A DNA stretch of 64,000 nt from IMG/VR virus record IMGVR_UViG_3300027573_000779, positions 62,001 to 126,000 of that record; one strand, given 5' to 3'. Both the position numbers and the translations under genes were made by a program. The notes under the pieces are model-generated. The model saw only the letters and a list, made by a program, of their open reading frames with translations. It was not told the DNA's origin and did no database searches. Below, in pieces: positions 37,995-48,835 of the stretch (position 1 is its first letter; every line of letters starts with the position of its first letter).

Positions 37995-40706
37995 ATGGCA
38001 AATTTAATAGCTTATCAAGACGGTAATTGGTCAGACCCTAATACATGGTATGTATTAGAAAATATGAGCGTGGGTATGATATGCAACATCGCGCCATCTA
38101 CATCATCCACTCAAAGAACTTATGCATCTTTTCCCTTTACTCCTCAATCTGGCGACTATGATGGTTTTGCTGTTCGATTTTTCCAAAAAAACAACAATGC
38201 TTCAACAGGAATGTATACAGGCGCAATCCTTCAAGTGGGGACCTCTGGCGAAATTGTAAGATATACTGGATTTGTTGAACATTTACCTAATACTTCAAAT
38301 GTTACAAACGCTTATGCTGGTCCTAGGTTTTTTAAATTTCAAACCCCAATTAATTTTACAGGTGGAACAAGCTACGTTATAAGTCTTAGAGCTTCAGCGT
38401 CTTCTCTTATTACTTTTGGTGGCTCTGGCACTTTATCTAATTTTGGTATTGGTTTGCGCCGAATGGCAACCCAAGCTCCAGCTAGCGGAGATATCTTGTT
38501 TATTATGGGAGAACAACAAGGAACCGGAGCTTTAAGTAATAGAGTTGTTACATATGATTTAACTTCAGGAGTTCCTTATGGTCCTGATAGAATTAACAAC
38601 GCGGACCAGTTAAGTATTTCGATTTCAAAAGGAGGAATTTTAAACTTCCCTCCTTCTGGTAATACCGGATATTATTTAAAATGGAGAGGATGTTTGTATA
38701 ACCATCCCGAAGGCGTAATTAACGTTGGAACGCCAGCAACAGGAATTCCTTCGGGTAGTACTGCAATTTTAGAACCCGATGGAATTACAGCAGCAGGAGA
38801 AGCTTATTTGTGTAACGGAGAATATGCAACTTTAAATCTTTGCGGTTCTCCTAAAACTTATTGGACAACACTTAAAAGTCATTATGGAGGGCGTGGACTA
38901 GCAACTCAAGTTAATACTGGAATTTCTTTTAGAGTATATACTGGATATGGACAAGATTTAACAACACTGTCGCCTAACAGTTATATTTATATTGATAATT
39001 CCAGTTTTGCTGTTCCAAAACAATTAACTACTGTTTCTGGCGCTTTAAGTGGTTTGTTATATAGCGTTGCTAGTACTACTGTAGCTGAAACAAGTGCTGG
39101 ATGGGCACCTTATACAAGTGGCGACCCCATTACTATAGAAGTAAATAATGCAAGTGGCTGGATATCGGGAGACACTCTTATTTTTAGTGAACTTGAATTA
39201 AATCGAAGAGAAATAAGAACCATTACTAACGTTAGTGGCAGTTTTATTACACTTAATTCAGGTTTTCTATATGCTCATATGGGGTCCGGTCATGTTGAAA
39301 GTCACGTAGCAAACGTTAGTAGGAACGTAACCTTTGGACGTGTCGTTGCTGCTACAGGAGGATGTTATAAACTATTACCTTCTGGAATTATAAACTTTAA
39401 AAATACATATTTTTCTCTTTTGGATACTGTTGTAAGCAGCACAAGAAAAGATATATATGAATATAATTCAGGATTTTTAATGGAAGGATGTGGTTGGAGC
39501 GGAAGAAGCAATAATATAACGTTTTTAAATTTTCCAAGCGACCAAAGAGGGGAACTTACAACTATAATTAAAAATAACATTATAGCTCACGCTAGCGCTA
39601 GCGCCAGTTCCACAATAGTTTATAGCGCCGTTGCTTCCAGTGAAAACAAAGGTGGAATTCAGTTCATCAATAACTTATTTTTAGGGGCAGCAGGGGGATT
39701 TTCTTTAAATAGAAATAACTGGCTCATTTCTGGAAACATTTTTTATCGTGGCAATATAACTTTTGCTAACGATTCTTTTCATAACGCAAATCAATTTTCA
39801 AATAACGCTTTTATTGGACTTGCTGAAAGTAGTAATTTTCCTATTAATTCAGTTTTTGAAAACTGTATGTTTAGATGGGAAACAGAAAGTGTCCCTATAA
39901 CAATAGGTAACACTTATAATAATTGCATGTTTCAGAGTAAAGGCTTAATTGAAACTTCTTTTAATAACGAGTTTGTTAAAAATACTTTTTTAAATTGTAA
40001 ATTTGCCTCTTTTCCATGGTCAGGCATTACAACGATACAAACAACTTCTACTCAAACCAATTTATACGACAACAAATTTGTTAATTGTGATTTTTCGTAT
40101 TTGTCGGGTAATAACTATATCGGAGCTACGAATGATATTAGTATTAGTGCAACTGGTACAATTTATCCAAAATTTGAATTTAACAATTGTGTTTTTAATG
40201 CGGCAACCCCAATATCGCTTAGTTTAGACAACTTTAATAAAGATTCAATTTTATCTTTTGTTAACTATAACAAAATAACCGGAAATAATTACATTTATAA
40301 AGCTTGGGGAGTTTTATCTACAGACACAACAATTGTATGGTCTACAAGCCCTTCAATGCGAATGACCCCAATAAGTAATAATAATAGATTACAAACTACT
40401 TCATTTTTTGTTCCCGTTCGAAGTGGCCAAAAAGGAAGCGCGGCTGTTCGTGTCAGACAGTCTTCAAATAGTGACGGAATTGAATATAATGGTGCAGTTC
40501 CTATTCTTGTTTTTCAAGAAAACATACCAATGGGTATTACTGGGGACATCATTATAGCTTCGGGAACTGCTGGTCTTTTTGGTACTTGGCAAATTTTGAC
40601 AGGACAAAGCTCCACTGCGCCTCAAGACGGAGTTATGAAGTTTGCTGTAACTTGCGGAGGACCAGCTTACAGTCAAGGTTGGGTTAATGTTGATGATTGG
40701 AGATAA
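37995..40706 (+). CDS. Virion protein with parallel beta-helix (pectin-lyase-like) region
   Basis: GNWSDPNTW N-terminus; repeated FxNCxF/IxNN strands; beta-sandwich C-terminus. Confidence 0.65.
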   Translation: MANLIAYQDGNWSDPNTWYVLENMSVGMICNIAPSTSSTQRTYASFPFTPQSGDYDGFAVRFFQKNNNASTGMYTGAILQVGTSGEIVRYTGFVEHLPNTSNVTNAYAGPRFFKFQTPINFTGGTSYVISLRASASSLITFGGSGTLSNFGIGLRRMATQAPASGDILFIMGEQQGTGALSNRVVTYDLTSGVPYGPDRINNADQLSISISKGGILNFPPSGNTGYYLKWRGCLYNHPEGVINVGTPATGIPSGSTAILEPDGITAAGEAYLCNGEYATLNLCGSPKTYWTTLKSHYGGRGLATQVNTGISFRVYTGYGQDLTTLSPNSYIYIDNSSFAVPKQLTTVSGALSGLLYSVASTTVAETSAGWAPYTSGDPITIEVNNASGWISGDTLIFSELELNRREIRTITNVSGSFITLNSGFLYAHMGSGHVESHVANVSRNVTFGRVVAATGGCYKLLPSGIINFKNTYFSLLDTVVSSTRKDIYEYNSGFLMEGCGWSGRSNNITFLNFPSDQRGELTTIIKNNIIAHASASASSTIVYSAVASSENKGGIQFINNLFLGAAGGFSLNRNNWLISGNIFYRGNITFANDSFHNANQFSNNAFIGLAESSNFPINSVFENCMFRWETESVPITIGNTYNNCMFQSKGLIETSFNNEFVKNTFLNCKFASFPWSGITTIQTTSTQTNLYDNKFVNCDFSYLSGNNYIGATNDISISATGTIYPKFEFNNCVFNAATPISLSLDNFNKDSILSFVNYNKITGNNYIYKAWGVLSTDTTIVWSTSPSMRMTPISNNNRLQTTSFFVPVRSGQKGSAAVRVRQSSNSDGIEYNGAVPILVFQENIPMGITGDIIIASGTAGLFGTWQILTGQSSTAPQDGVMKFAVTCGGPAYSQGWVNVDDWR

Positions 40707-40709
40707 TAA

Positions 40710-41231
40710 ATGGACTTTTATTGGAAAGATGGAATTCCGTTTATATACCAACAGAAAAGCGATTTAGGGCGCTATGTTTATTGGTTTGAAGGCAGTCCTT
40801 TCTTAACCACTCCTTCTACCGGCACTTTAACTCAATACATGTTTCCAATTGCCGATGTTTCAGGCTCTTGGACTCAATCTCCTCTTTATTCTAAAGTTAA
40901 TGAATATTACGCTGATGATTTAAATTATATACAGTCTCAGCCAGTACCGGTTAACAACGGAACTGAACTGTTATTAGGAACGGCGGGGAACATTCCTTCT
41001 TCTTTAACCGGTCATGTTCTAAGATATCGCTACGAAAAAAACATGAATTCGAGCACTGGAATTAATTTAACTATAGGTTTGTATCAAGGAAATACCCTCA
41101 TAAAAGAAGCAACTCACTCCAATCTCCAAAAGGGATGGGTCGATGGAGTGATGACTTTAACAACTGGAGAGGCGGCAACTATAACTAACTATACCAATTT
41201 AAGAGTTAGGTTAATAGCTATTACTGGATAA
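40710..41231 (+). CDS. Hypothetical structural protein
   Basis: C-terminal domain (PLYSKV...ITNYTNLRVRL) is paralogous to the C-terminus of 41233-43443. Confidence 0.55.
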   Translation: MDFYWKDGIPFIYQQKSDLGRYVYWFEGSPFLTTPSTGTLTQYMFPIADVSGSWTQSPLYSKVNEYYADDLNYIQSQPVPVNNGTELLLGTAGNIPSSLTGHVLRYRYEKNMNSSTGINLTIGLYQGNTLIKEATHSNLQKGWVDGVMTLTTGEAATITNYTNLRVRLIAITG

Positions 41232-41232
41232 A

Positions 41233-43443
41233 ATGGCTACACGTTTTTATTTCGAAAATACAAATTTCACTACTTTTTCTCCTCAGTTTAGTGGTTTTTG
41301 GGCTTATACCAGCGAAGCTGGTCGTTATAATCTAGTTGATTATAAATCAAACAACCCGTTAATAACTGGAACAACTATTGGTCCCACATGGAACGGCGCT
41401 GGTCTTGACCGTCAATATATTACAGAACCTTTATCTGCTCAAACCATTAATGGGACAGTTACTGGTCAGTTAATGGTTCGTGAGTACAACCCCGGCGATA
41501 ACGTTAATAGGTTAGTTACTTGTATTAAGGCAATTGATGGAAGCGGCAACTTAAGAGGTAGGGTTTTAACTACTGGTAACTATAGTAATACTACTACAGA
41601 ATTTGTTAATAACGTTAGTCATAGAAATAAAATCATTGCAACAAATACTTCATTAACCAGTGTTGCAATTCAAAGCGGCGACCGTCTTGTTATTGAATTG
41701 GGTTATACAGAAGCAGCAGGAGCAACCCCCGAAGCATCTGCTCTTTGGGGTTCCTTAACTTCTCTTGCTGATTTACCCGCAGATGAAACACAAACAACTT
41801 TAGGTATACCTTTTATTGAGTTTAGTATTGATGTAGTTCGCTTAAAAGCTAGAACTCAAAACGGTTTAGCTAAAATCGTCGCTCAAAAAAGGCAAGAGCA
41901 AACAGGTTTAGCCGCAATCATCAATCTAAGAAGTAATAGCCAAACAGGTTTGGCGAGGATTTTTAATACTTTAAGGAACGGTCAAACAGGTATTGCGCGA
42001 ATTTTAAACACTTCACAGCGTTCTCAAACAGGTGTTGCTAGAATTTTACTTTCTAAAAATAATTATCAAACGGGTATCGCTCGAATTTTTAATACTTTAA
42101 GAAATGGACAAACGGGGCGTGCAAGAATTTTAACTTCTTCCCTTCAATACCAGACCGGTGTTGCGAGAATTTTTAATACCGTTAGGTTTAGTATTAGCGG
42201 CAAAGCATCTATTGATACCGATACAACAACAATTCAAAATCACCAAACCGGCAAGGCTAGGATATTTAATACAATTAGAAATTATCAAACCGGCGTTGCG
42301 AGAATTTTTAACACTTTAAGAAACGGCCAGACCGGTGTTGCTAGAATTTTAGTTTCTAAAAATAATTATCAAACGGGCATTGCTAGAATATTTAATACCT
42401 TAAGAAAAGAGCAAACGGGCAAAGGCTTTATCGTCCCCAATCTTACCGCTTCTGTTTCTTGGATTAGGTTTGAATTTCCTGCTGGAAATTCAACAACTAA
42501 CAATCAAACCGGTGTTGCGAGAATTTTTAAAGCTTTACAAAACAGTTTAAATGGTATCGCTAGGATTTTTAAAACCATTCAACAAACTCAAACTGGACGA
42601 GCAAGAATAGTTTTTAGATATACAAATACACAAACCGGTGTTGCTAGAATTAAAGTTACAAGGAAAGAAAGTGGGGGATGGTGGTATTGGGGAAGAGATA
42701 TCCCCGGAGGAAATTACGTGCGTGCTAATAGTTTCCAAGACGCTTTAGAAAAACAACAAGCATTAGCTGATGAAGCGAGCGATATTTATTGGACAACAGA
42801 AAATCCAAACGGAGCTATTGATTTAAGTTATATTTATATTCAAAAATATTATCCACTTTTCCCTATAAACCACCAAGAATATTACGAAATTGAAGTTTAT
42901 AATGACGAAGAAGGCGTTGAGTATCATTATCTTTTTAATTCTGTTAATGATATTTATCCAAGACTTCTTGACATTTACGGAAGCCATTGGTTATTTGCTG
43001 GAGCTTTCTTTCCTGTCCAATACGGTAAAGCGAGCATTAGAAGTCCTTTTAAAGCTTATCCAATCCAAGACATAAATAGCGGGACTTGGAACACAACCCC
43101 TCTTTATAGTAAAATTTGGGAAGAAACGCCCGTTACTAATGATTATATTATATGTTCCCAAAATCCAAACAACGACACTTGTGAAATGCTTTTAAGTCCT
43201 TTAATGTCAGGTCATTACAGTTCTTTAAAATTAAACTATGTATACAAAAAACAAGAAACTAACTTTTATCAAATTAATTTAACAGTTCAGCTTTTTGAGG
43301 GGGCTGTTAAAAAACACGAAACAATATTACCTTTAATTTCTGGTTTGTGGACAACAGGAAGTGTTTCTTTAACCGCTCACGAAATCAAAAGTATAACAAA
43401 TTTCTCTGATTTAAGAGTAAAGTTTGTAGCAAATAGAGTATAG
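41233..43443 (+). CDS. Fibre-like protein with 14-aa QTGxARI repeats
   Basis: About 19 repeats between globular N- and C-terminal domains. Confidence 0.65.
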   Translation: MATRFYFENTNFTTFSPQFSGFWAYTSEAGRYNLVDYKSNNPLITGTTIGPTWNGAGLDRQYITEPLSAQTINGTVTGQLMVREYNPGDNVNRLVTCIKAIDGSGNLRGRVLTTGNYSNTTTEFVNNVSHRNKIIATNTSLTSVAIQSGDRLVIELGYTEAAGATPEASALWGSLTSLADLPADETQTTLGIPFIEFSIDVVRLKARTQNGLAKIVAQKRQEQTGLAAIINLRSNSQTGLARIFNTLRNGQTGIARILNTSQRSQTGVARILLSKNNYQTGIARIFNTLRNGQTGRARILTSSLQYQTGVARIFNTVRFSISGKASIDTDTTTIQNHQTGKARIFNTIRNYQTGVARIFNTLRNGQTGVARILVSKNNYQTGIARIFNTLRKEQTGKGFIVPNLTASVSWIRFEFPAGNSTTNNQTGVARIFKALQNSLNGIARIFKTIQQTQTGRARIVFRYTNTQTGVARIKVTRKESGGWWYWGRDIPGGNYVRANSFQDALEKQQALADEASDIYWTTENPNGAIDLSYIYIQKYYPLFPINHQEYYEIEVYNDEEGVEYHYLFNSVNDIYPRLLDIYGSHWLFAGAFFPVQYGKASIRSPFKAYPIQDINSGTWNTTPLYSKIWEETPVTNDYIICSQNPNNDTCEMLLSPLMSGHYSSLKLNYVYKKQETNFYQINLTVQLFEGAVKKHETILPLISGLWTTGSVSLTAHEIKSITNFSDLRVKFVANRV
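41851..42660 (+). repeat. Coding tandem repeat, 42-nt / 14-aa period
   Basis: For example QTGLARIFNTLRNG QTGIARILNTSQRS QTGVARILLSKNNY. Confidence 0.9.
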
Positions 43444-43446
43444 TAT

Positions 43447-46400
43447 ATGTCAACCAGATTATATTTAAATTGGAACGAATCGGGGTATAATGCATCCCTA
43501 AGTAAATATTACTCTGGATGGCAATCCGGCTCAAGTAGATTTTCAGTATATGGTTTGGTGCAAAAAGAAGGTATTACAGACAGATATGCTCCCAATCATT
43601 TAGACTTTCCTATAACTACCGGATTTATTCCGTTTGCTATGTCGAAAGCTCTCTCCGAACCCTTAGTTTCGGGAGTTTATAATACTGGATTGTTTTCTGG
43701 AATATCTACTTATTTATGTGGAAAAACCGGGACTTTTGCTATTCAGGTTGGTATTTATAATTTCGATGGGAGTCAGTTAAAAAGCGAAATTTTTCCTGTA
43801 ACAACCGGAAGAAACATAGTTATAACAGATTCTGTTCAAGGAAAATATCTTACAGATATTTTCCCAAACACAGGTTTGCATTCTGGTTTTACGGCAGATA
43901 GAGGAGATAGACTTGGAATAGTCTATGGTTTTTATAATAGAACTAATAGTACTAGTAATTTTCATTTTGAATCAGCCGCAACTACAAACATTGGAGATTT
44001 TTCATTTAGCGAAACCCCCGCAGAAGTATTCGATTTACCACAGTTAGGTACTTTTAAAAATCCTTGGATTGAATTTTCTAATAATTTTCAATTTGTTAAA
44101 ATAAAAAACATACAAGGAAAAGCGGCTATTAGCAGAGGAGCTAGGGATATAAGAGGAACTGCTAGAATTGCTACTCCTCCTTATTATTATGAAAATACCA
44201 CTCCGATAATATTGCCATATTACGGAGGAGGTTCGACCTATCCTTCAACAATTAATGTCACTGGTTTGGATTCAAGTAAAACTTCAGTGACCGTTTGGAT
44301 TAATGGATTTGCTTATACTAATCCTAGAAACGTAGAAATATTGTTGGTTTCTCCTAGTGGAAGAAATATTGTTTTGATGGGTGACAATTCACCGTCAACA
44401 ACTTCAGTTAGCGGTTTAAATTTAACTTTTAACCAAAGTTCTCCTCATATAATGGGAGCTAGTAAGAGGTTATCTGGCGTATCTTATCTCCCTACACTTA
44501 ATAATGAGTCTCGATTTTTCCCTCCTGCTTATTCTGGTATTATTGACAATACAATAGCTAATTCAAATTTGAATGTTGTTTCTGGAGACGACCCCAATGG
44601 AACTTGGTCGTTGTATGTTCTAACCCAAGACGCAAGAATTGGAGGAATTAAATCTTGGGGGCTTTCTTTTGCTAACAATGCAGCTCAAGTTGCTCATTTT
44701 TCATTAAGTGGAAGTTTTGGCCCATTAACCGTTCCAGAAACACAAAGCGGCAGAGCAAGAATTAAAGTTACTAGAACTCCAACTACAAATTGGATGTATA
44801 GTATAAAGACAGGAGGGGGCGACCCTGAAATTACTGATTTTGTTTCTGGATATTCATTCGGAGAAGCTATTTTAAAATCAACGGGAACTTATGAATATAT
44901 CTATCCATATGCTATTGTAGGAGACTTTCTCCAATCTTTTAGTGGTGTTGGTGGCAATAGAAATCATATAGAATTTTACTTTTCTGACCCAGAATGGGGG
45001 TCAGCGGTTTATTTAAGGAACGAACAACCCATTTTCCCCACTAACGATGGTCTGTTTTGGAGCAATGGTAATCAAGCCTACGAAATAACAGCGGGAGCAT
45101 TACACAATTCTGGTATTTGGGAATTACAACGACTTCTTTTTCCGGCGCAAATTGGTTTAGCTAAAATTATCAAATTAAACGTTAATAACCAAACCGCAGT
45201 TGCTAGGATTTTTAATACGGTTAGATGGTCTATTAACGGTGTAGCGCGAATTGCTGGCGCGGGAGCACAATCTTACGACCAATTAGGCAAAGCTAGAATA
45301 AGCACTACCACACAAAGAACTCAAACTGGTTTAGCGCGAATTTTAACCACCAGCCAAAGAACACAAACCGGCATTGCTCGAATTCTTAATACCAGCCGTT
45401 GGTCTCAAACCTGCATTTCTAGAATTAAGGTTACTACAACTCAAACTCAAAGTTGTAGGGCTAGAATTCAGGTTACAACTCGCAATAGTCAAACAGGTCT
45501 TGCTAGAATTAAGGCTACAAGTTCTCGCGTTCAAACAGGGTTGGCACGAATTTTAAACACTACACGAAATACCCAAACCGGTTTATCTAGGATTAAAACT
45601 ACAAGTAATTGGAGCCAAACTTGTAAAGGTAGAATTAAAGTTTCTACTTCCAATATTCAAACTGGCGTTGCTAGAATCAGAGTTTCAACAAATAGAACTC
45701 AAACCGCTTTAGCTAGGATTTTAAATACAAGCAGAACAAGTCAAACTGGTCGCGCAAGAATTCGGACAACAACACAGAATAGCCAAACTGGGGTTGCGAG
45801 GATTAAAGCCGCAACCAGTCGCTCTCAAACCGGTTTAGCAAGAATTTTAAATACTTCTAGATTTACTCAAACTGGCGTTGCTAGGATTAAAAATACAATT
45901 TCATGGACCCATACTGGCGTTGCTTACATTGCTGCTCTTGGAAGTCAGATTAGAGTTCAACTTGGTAAAGCTCGCATACTTAATACTGTTAGATATAGTC
46001 AAACTGGCAAGGCTAATATTAAACATATTAGGAGCTACACGCAAACTGGTATTGCTAGAATTCGCTGCACAATAAATAGAACTAATTCTGGTTTGGCGCG
46101 AATCAAAGCTTCAATATCTCAAAGTCAACTTTGCGTTGCTAGAATTAAGACTACAAGTTCTTTTAGCTGCCAAGGCAAGGCAAGAATTCAAAGAGCTTCT
46201 CAATGGACCGTTAACGGCCTAGCTAGGGTTAAAGTAACCGACAATAATTCTCAAACTGGCGTTGCAAGAATCAAGGCTACAACTCAGAATTCTACTCAAG
46301 GTAAAGGAAGAGTTCTCCGCACAATTCAGCAATCTCAAACTGGTAAGGGTTATATTACTGTATCGGCGGCTTCGAACCGGACCCAAACAGGTATTGCTAG

Positions 46401-46911
46401 AATTCTAAGAAGTTCAACTCAAAATCAGCTTTGTGTTGCTAGGATTAAAACTACTCAAAATAACAATGTTAATTGTGTAGCCCGAATTAAAACTACAAGT
46501 AGTAGAATAATTACTTGTATTTCAAGAATCTCTAAGTCTAGCACCCAAAATCAAACCGGTGTTGCTAGAATCAGAACTAGCACCAGAAATAGTATTTCTT
46601 GCTTAGCTAGAATCAAAACCACTACTTTAAACTCAACAACAGGTAAAGGTAGGATTCAAACTACTTCTAGACATAGCAATACTGGATTAGCAAAAATTAG
46701 AGTTTTAAAGACCCAAACTCTTACGGGTATAGCTAGAATTTTCGGAACTCAAAGAAGAACGACAACCGGTTTAGCTTTTATATTCCCTTATAGTATTACA
46801 GAATTACCTAAAAAGGAAATTATTGCTACTATTTTGGGTCAAAAAGTGACGGGTCCTCAAGGTGTCAGAATTGGACTAATTATCAAGGAGGTTATTGTTA
46901 GGGTTCCATAG
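43447..46911 (+). CDS. Fibre-like protein with proprotein-convertase P-domain and QTGxARI repeats
   Basis: YPSTINVTG...ILLVSPSG...NGTWSLYV...IKSWGLSF (P-domain); roughly 40 repeats. Confidence 0.7.
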   Translation: MSTRLYLNWNESGYNASLSKYYSGWQSGSSRFSVYGLVQKEGITDRYAPNHLDFPITTGFIPFAMSKALSEPLVSGVYNTGLFSGISTYLCGKTGTFAIQVGIYNFDGSQLKSEIFPVTTGRNIVITDSVQGKYLTDIFPNTGLHSGFTADRGDRLGIVYGFYNRTNSTSNFHFESAATTNIGDFSFSETPAEVFDLPQLGTFKNPWIEFSNNFQFVKIKNIQGKAAISRGARDIRGTARIATPPYYYENTTPIILPYYGGGSTYPSTINVTGLDSSKTSVTVWINGFAYTNPRNVEILLVSPSGRNIVLMGDNSPSTTSVSGLNLTFNQSSPHIMGASKRLSGVSYLPTLNNESRFFPPAYSGIIDNTIANSNLNVVSGDDPNGTWSLYVLTQDARIGGIKSWGLSFANNAAQVAHFSLSGSFGPLTVPETQSGRARIKVTRTPTTNWMYSIKTGGGDPEITDFVSGYSFGEAILKSTGTYEYIYPYAIVGDFLQSFSGVGGNRNHIEFYFSDPEWGSAVYLRNEQPIFPTNDGLFWSNGNQAYEITAGALHNSGIWELQRLLFPAQIGLAKIIKLNVNNQTAVARIFNTVRWSINGVARIAGAGAQSYDQLGKARISTTTQRTQTGLARILTTSQRTQTGIARILNTSRWSQTCISRIKVTTTQTQSCRARIQVTTRNSQTGLARIKATSSRVQTGLARILNTTRNTQTGLSRIKTTSNWSQTCKGRIKVSTSNIQTGVARIRVSTNRTQTALARILNTSRTSQTGRARIRTTTQNSQTGVARIKAATSRSQTGLARILNTSRFTQTGVARIKNTISWTHTGVAYIAALGSQIRVQLGKARILNTVRYSQTGKANIKHIRSYTQTGIARIRCTINRTNSGLARIKASISQSQLCVARIKTTSSFSCQGKARIQRASQWTVNGLARVKVTDNNSQTGVARIKATTQNSTQGKGRVLRTIQQSQTGKGYITVSAASNRTQTGIARILRSSTQNQLCVARIKTTQNNNVNCVARIKTTSSRIITCISRISKSSTQNQTGVARIRTSTRNSISCLARIKTTTLNSTTGKGRIQTTSRHSNTGLAKIRVLKTQTLTGIARIFGTQRRTTTGLAFIFPYSITELPKKEIIATILGQKVTGPQGVRIGLIIKEVIVRVP
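45148..46783 (+). repeat. Coding tandem repeat, 42-nt / 14-aa period
   Basis: For example QTGLARILTTSQRT QTGIARILNTSRWS QTCISRIKVTTTQT. Confidence 0.9.
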
Positions 46912-46937
46912 TTAATTTCAGTGTAAAATTAAAAGAT

Positions 46938-47279
46938 ATGGCAGACATTTATGATATTAGTGTAATTCAGGGCGAAAACATCTATTTGAGGGTTGTAGCT
47001 CTAGATGTTAACCAAAACCCTATTGATTTAACTAACTACACAGTGTCGGGCTATGCCAAGTACCGTTATACTGATACAGGAATAGTTTTAAACTTAAGAC
47101 CCGCAATTCACAGTAGTTATATAAGTGGCTACATTGATATTAACGTGCCGGAAACCGGGACCGCCCCTCTTCCTGTAATGCAAGGGGTTTATGATATTGA
47201 AATTCACAACCCTTTTACCAGTTATACCACAAAAGTTATAAAAGGTCTTTTTAATGTAGAACCGGAGGCGACAAGATGA
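46938..47279 (+). CDS. Small Ig-like virion protein (BppU N-terminal-like)
   Basis: IQGE...PIDLTNYTV...GVYDIEI...KGLFNVEPEATR. Confidence 0.6.
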   Translation: MADIYDISVIQGENIYLRVVALDVNQNPIDLTNYTVSGYAKYRYTDTGIVLNLRPAIHSSYISGYIDINVPETGTAPLPVMQGVYDIEIHNPFTSYTTKVIKGLFNVEPEATR

Positions 47280-47773
47280 AATTAGTAGATATTGTAGATG
47301 CACTATATCGTGAATTGGAAAATCCAACAGATATTTCCATAGCTGCTATCCATTTCTGGATGGAATCAAACTTAGGAAACTTAAATATAGCTGTAAACAC
47401 CGATTATAGCTTTAATACCTCCACAAGACAAATAAACGATAATGGCGGGAATGAGATATCAAATTTAGAAGATATTGCTATTTATAAACAACTTTATAAA
47501 GTTCATCGTGCTAAAGTCTTGGTTAGGCGTCATTTGGGAGCAGCAAGCACCGAAAGTATTATTCAAATTGATTCAGACGGTAGCTCAATTCGAAAGGTGA
47601 ATAAAACAACTTTAGCCGCCGAATACCGCCAACTTCTAAAAAATGAAGAGGATACATTAGACAATTTGGTTAAAAATTATGGTCATAATAGTACTCTACC
47701 TCTGCAAGTGGTTGGAGATGATACGGTTGCGGCTTATGAAGACGTTTTAGACCCCAATCCAAGAATAAGATAA
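47276..47773 (+). CDS. Putative head-tail adaptor
   Basis: Helical protein at the start of the neck gene block; positional inference. Confidence 0.45.
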   Translation: MKLVDIVDALYRELENPTDISIAAIHFWMESNLGNLNIAVNTDYSFNTSTRQINDNGGNEISNLEDIAIYKQLYKVHRAKVLVRRHLGAASTESIIQIDSDGSSIRKVNKTTLAAEYRQLLKNEEDTLDNLVKNYGHNSTLPLQVVGDDTVAAYEDVLDPNPRIR

Positions 47774-47774
47774 A

Positions 47775-48209
47775 ATGGCAGATTTGGTTTCAACGGCAGA
47801 CAGAACAGCGTTTATTAGTGGTTTAATTAATCACTTTGATACGTTTAAAGCTCCAATTATAGTTCATAAAGAACCTTTGACTCAGGTGGTGAACGAGAAT
47901 CAAAATCCTTTTATGGGATATGGGCCAATTGAGACTGATGTAACTTATGTTCCAGTTAGCGGCACTTTTTACGCAATAAAAGTTACTCATGATAGTATAA
48001 ACAATAATAATCTACCAATTATTAACACTCAACTGCCAACCAACACTATAAGAGTTAAGGTCTCTGGAGACGCAAAAAACTACATTTCTCAAGGCAAAAC
48101 AACAGCAATTACTTTCTTGGGCGAAATGTATAATCAAATCAGCGTCCCAATGCCCAAAAACTTTCTTGGATTTATTTTTTATTATTACGATTTAACTAAA
48201 GTTGAATAA
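47775..48209 (+). CDS. Putative head closure/stopper protein
   Basis: Size and position in neck block. Confidence 0.4.
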   Translation: MADLVSTADRTAFISGLINHFDTFKAPIIVHKEPLTQVVNENQNPFMGYGPIETDVTYVPVSGTFYAIKVTHDSINNNNLPIINTQLPTNTIRVKVSGDAKNYISQGKTTAITFLGEMYNQISVPMPKNFLGFIFYYYDLTKVE

Positions 48210-48211
48210 AC

Positions 48212-48835
48212 ATGGCAAAATATACAACAATCAACATTAATGTCTTAAATAAAGCAATTCAAAAAACTGCTAAATCTAGGACTAATTTTATGTTTAACGC
48301 TGCTAGAACAAAATTTGTGGCCGCTAAACAGAATATGTTGCGTGAGTTTGATGAGCATCCCGTTACTCAAGAATTGAAAGCTGGTCCTGAAGCAGAAGGA
48401 AACCCAAGTGGCACTTTAGGTGGACGCGCCAATCTTTATGCTTTTATTGGTTTTCCTGCCGAAACAGAACCAACAGAGATTATAAGAAGTGCCTTAGAAA
48501 GCTTTGTTAATATCTTAAATAACCCTACAATAACCTTTGGTTACAGGTCCGCGACATTTAGTTTTTCTGTCGTATATCCTTCTTTAACAGAGATTTATAA
48601 AGCGACCCCTTCACCTTTTAGTAGCAAAAGTTGGGTTAAAGGGATTGAAGATGGCATGTGGGGATTAACTCATTATTTAAATGGACTATATACAAACCCT
48701 CCAAAAGACTTTAGTGATTGGTCTAGGTCGGGACCTGCTATTGAATCTAAGTCCCAAGTAAGAGCAGATTCGTTTGAAGCTCGCCCTTATATGAAAGAAA
48801 TTCTTGAACATTTTGTAGCAAGAGTCAGCACATGA
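48212..48835 (+). CDS. Putative neck/tail completion protein
   Basis: Position; C-terminal ARPYM motif typical of HK97 gp10-like proteins. Confidence 0.45.
   Translation: MAKYTTININVLNKAIQKTAKSRTNFMFNAARTKFVAAKQNMLREFDEHPVTQELKAGPEAEGNPSGTLGGRANLYAFIGFPAETEPTEIIRSALESFVNILNNPTITFGYRSATFSFSVVYPSLTEIYKATPSPFSSKSWVKGIEDGMWGLTHYLNGLYTNPPKDFSDWSRSGPAIESKSQVRADSFEARPYMKEILEHFVARVST

Noticed and set aside
41851-46783. 42-nt periodicity as a CRISPR array or DGR template/variable repeat
   Set aside because: It is an in-frame coding repeat without spacers, adenine-specific variation or a reverse transcriptase nearby.
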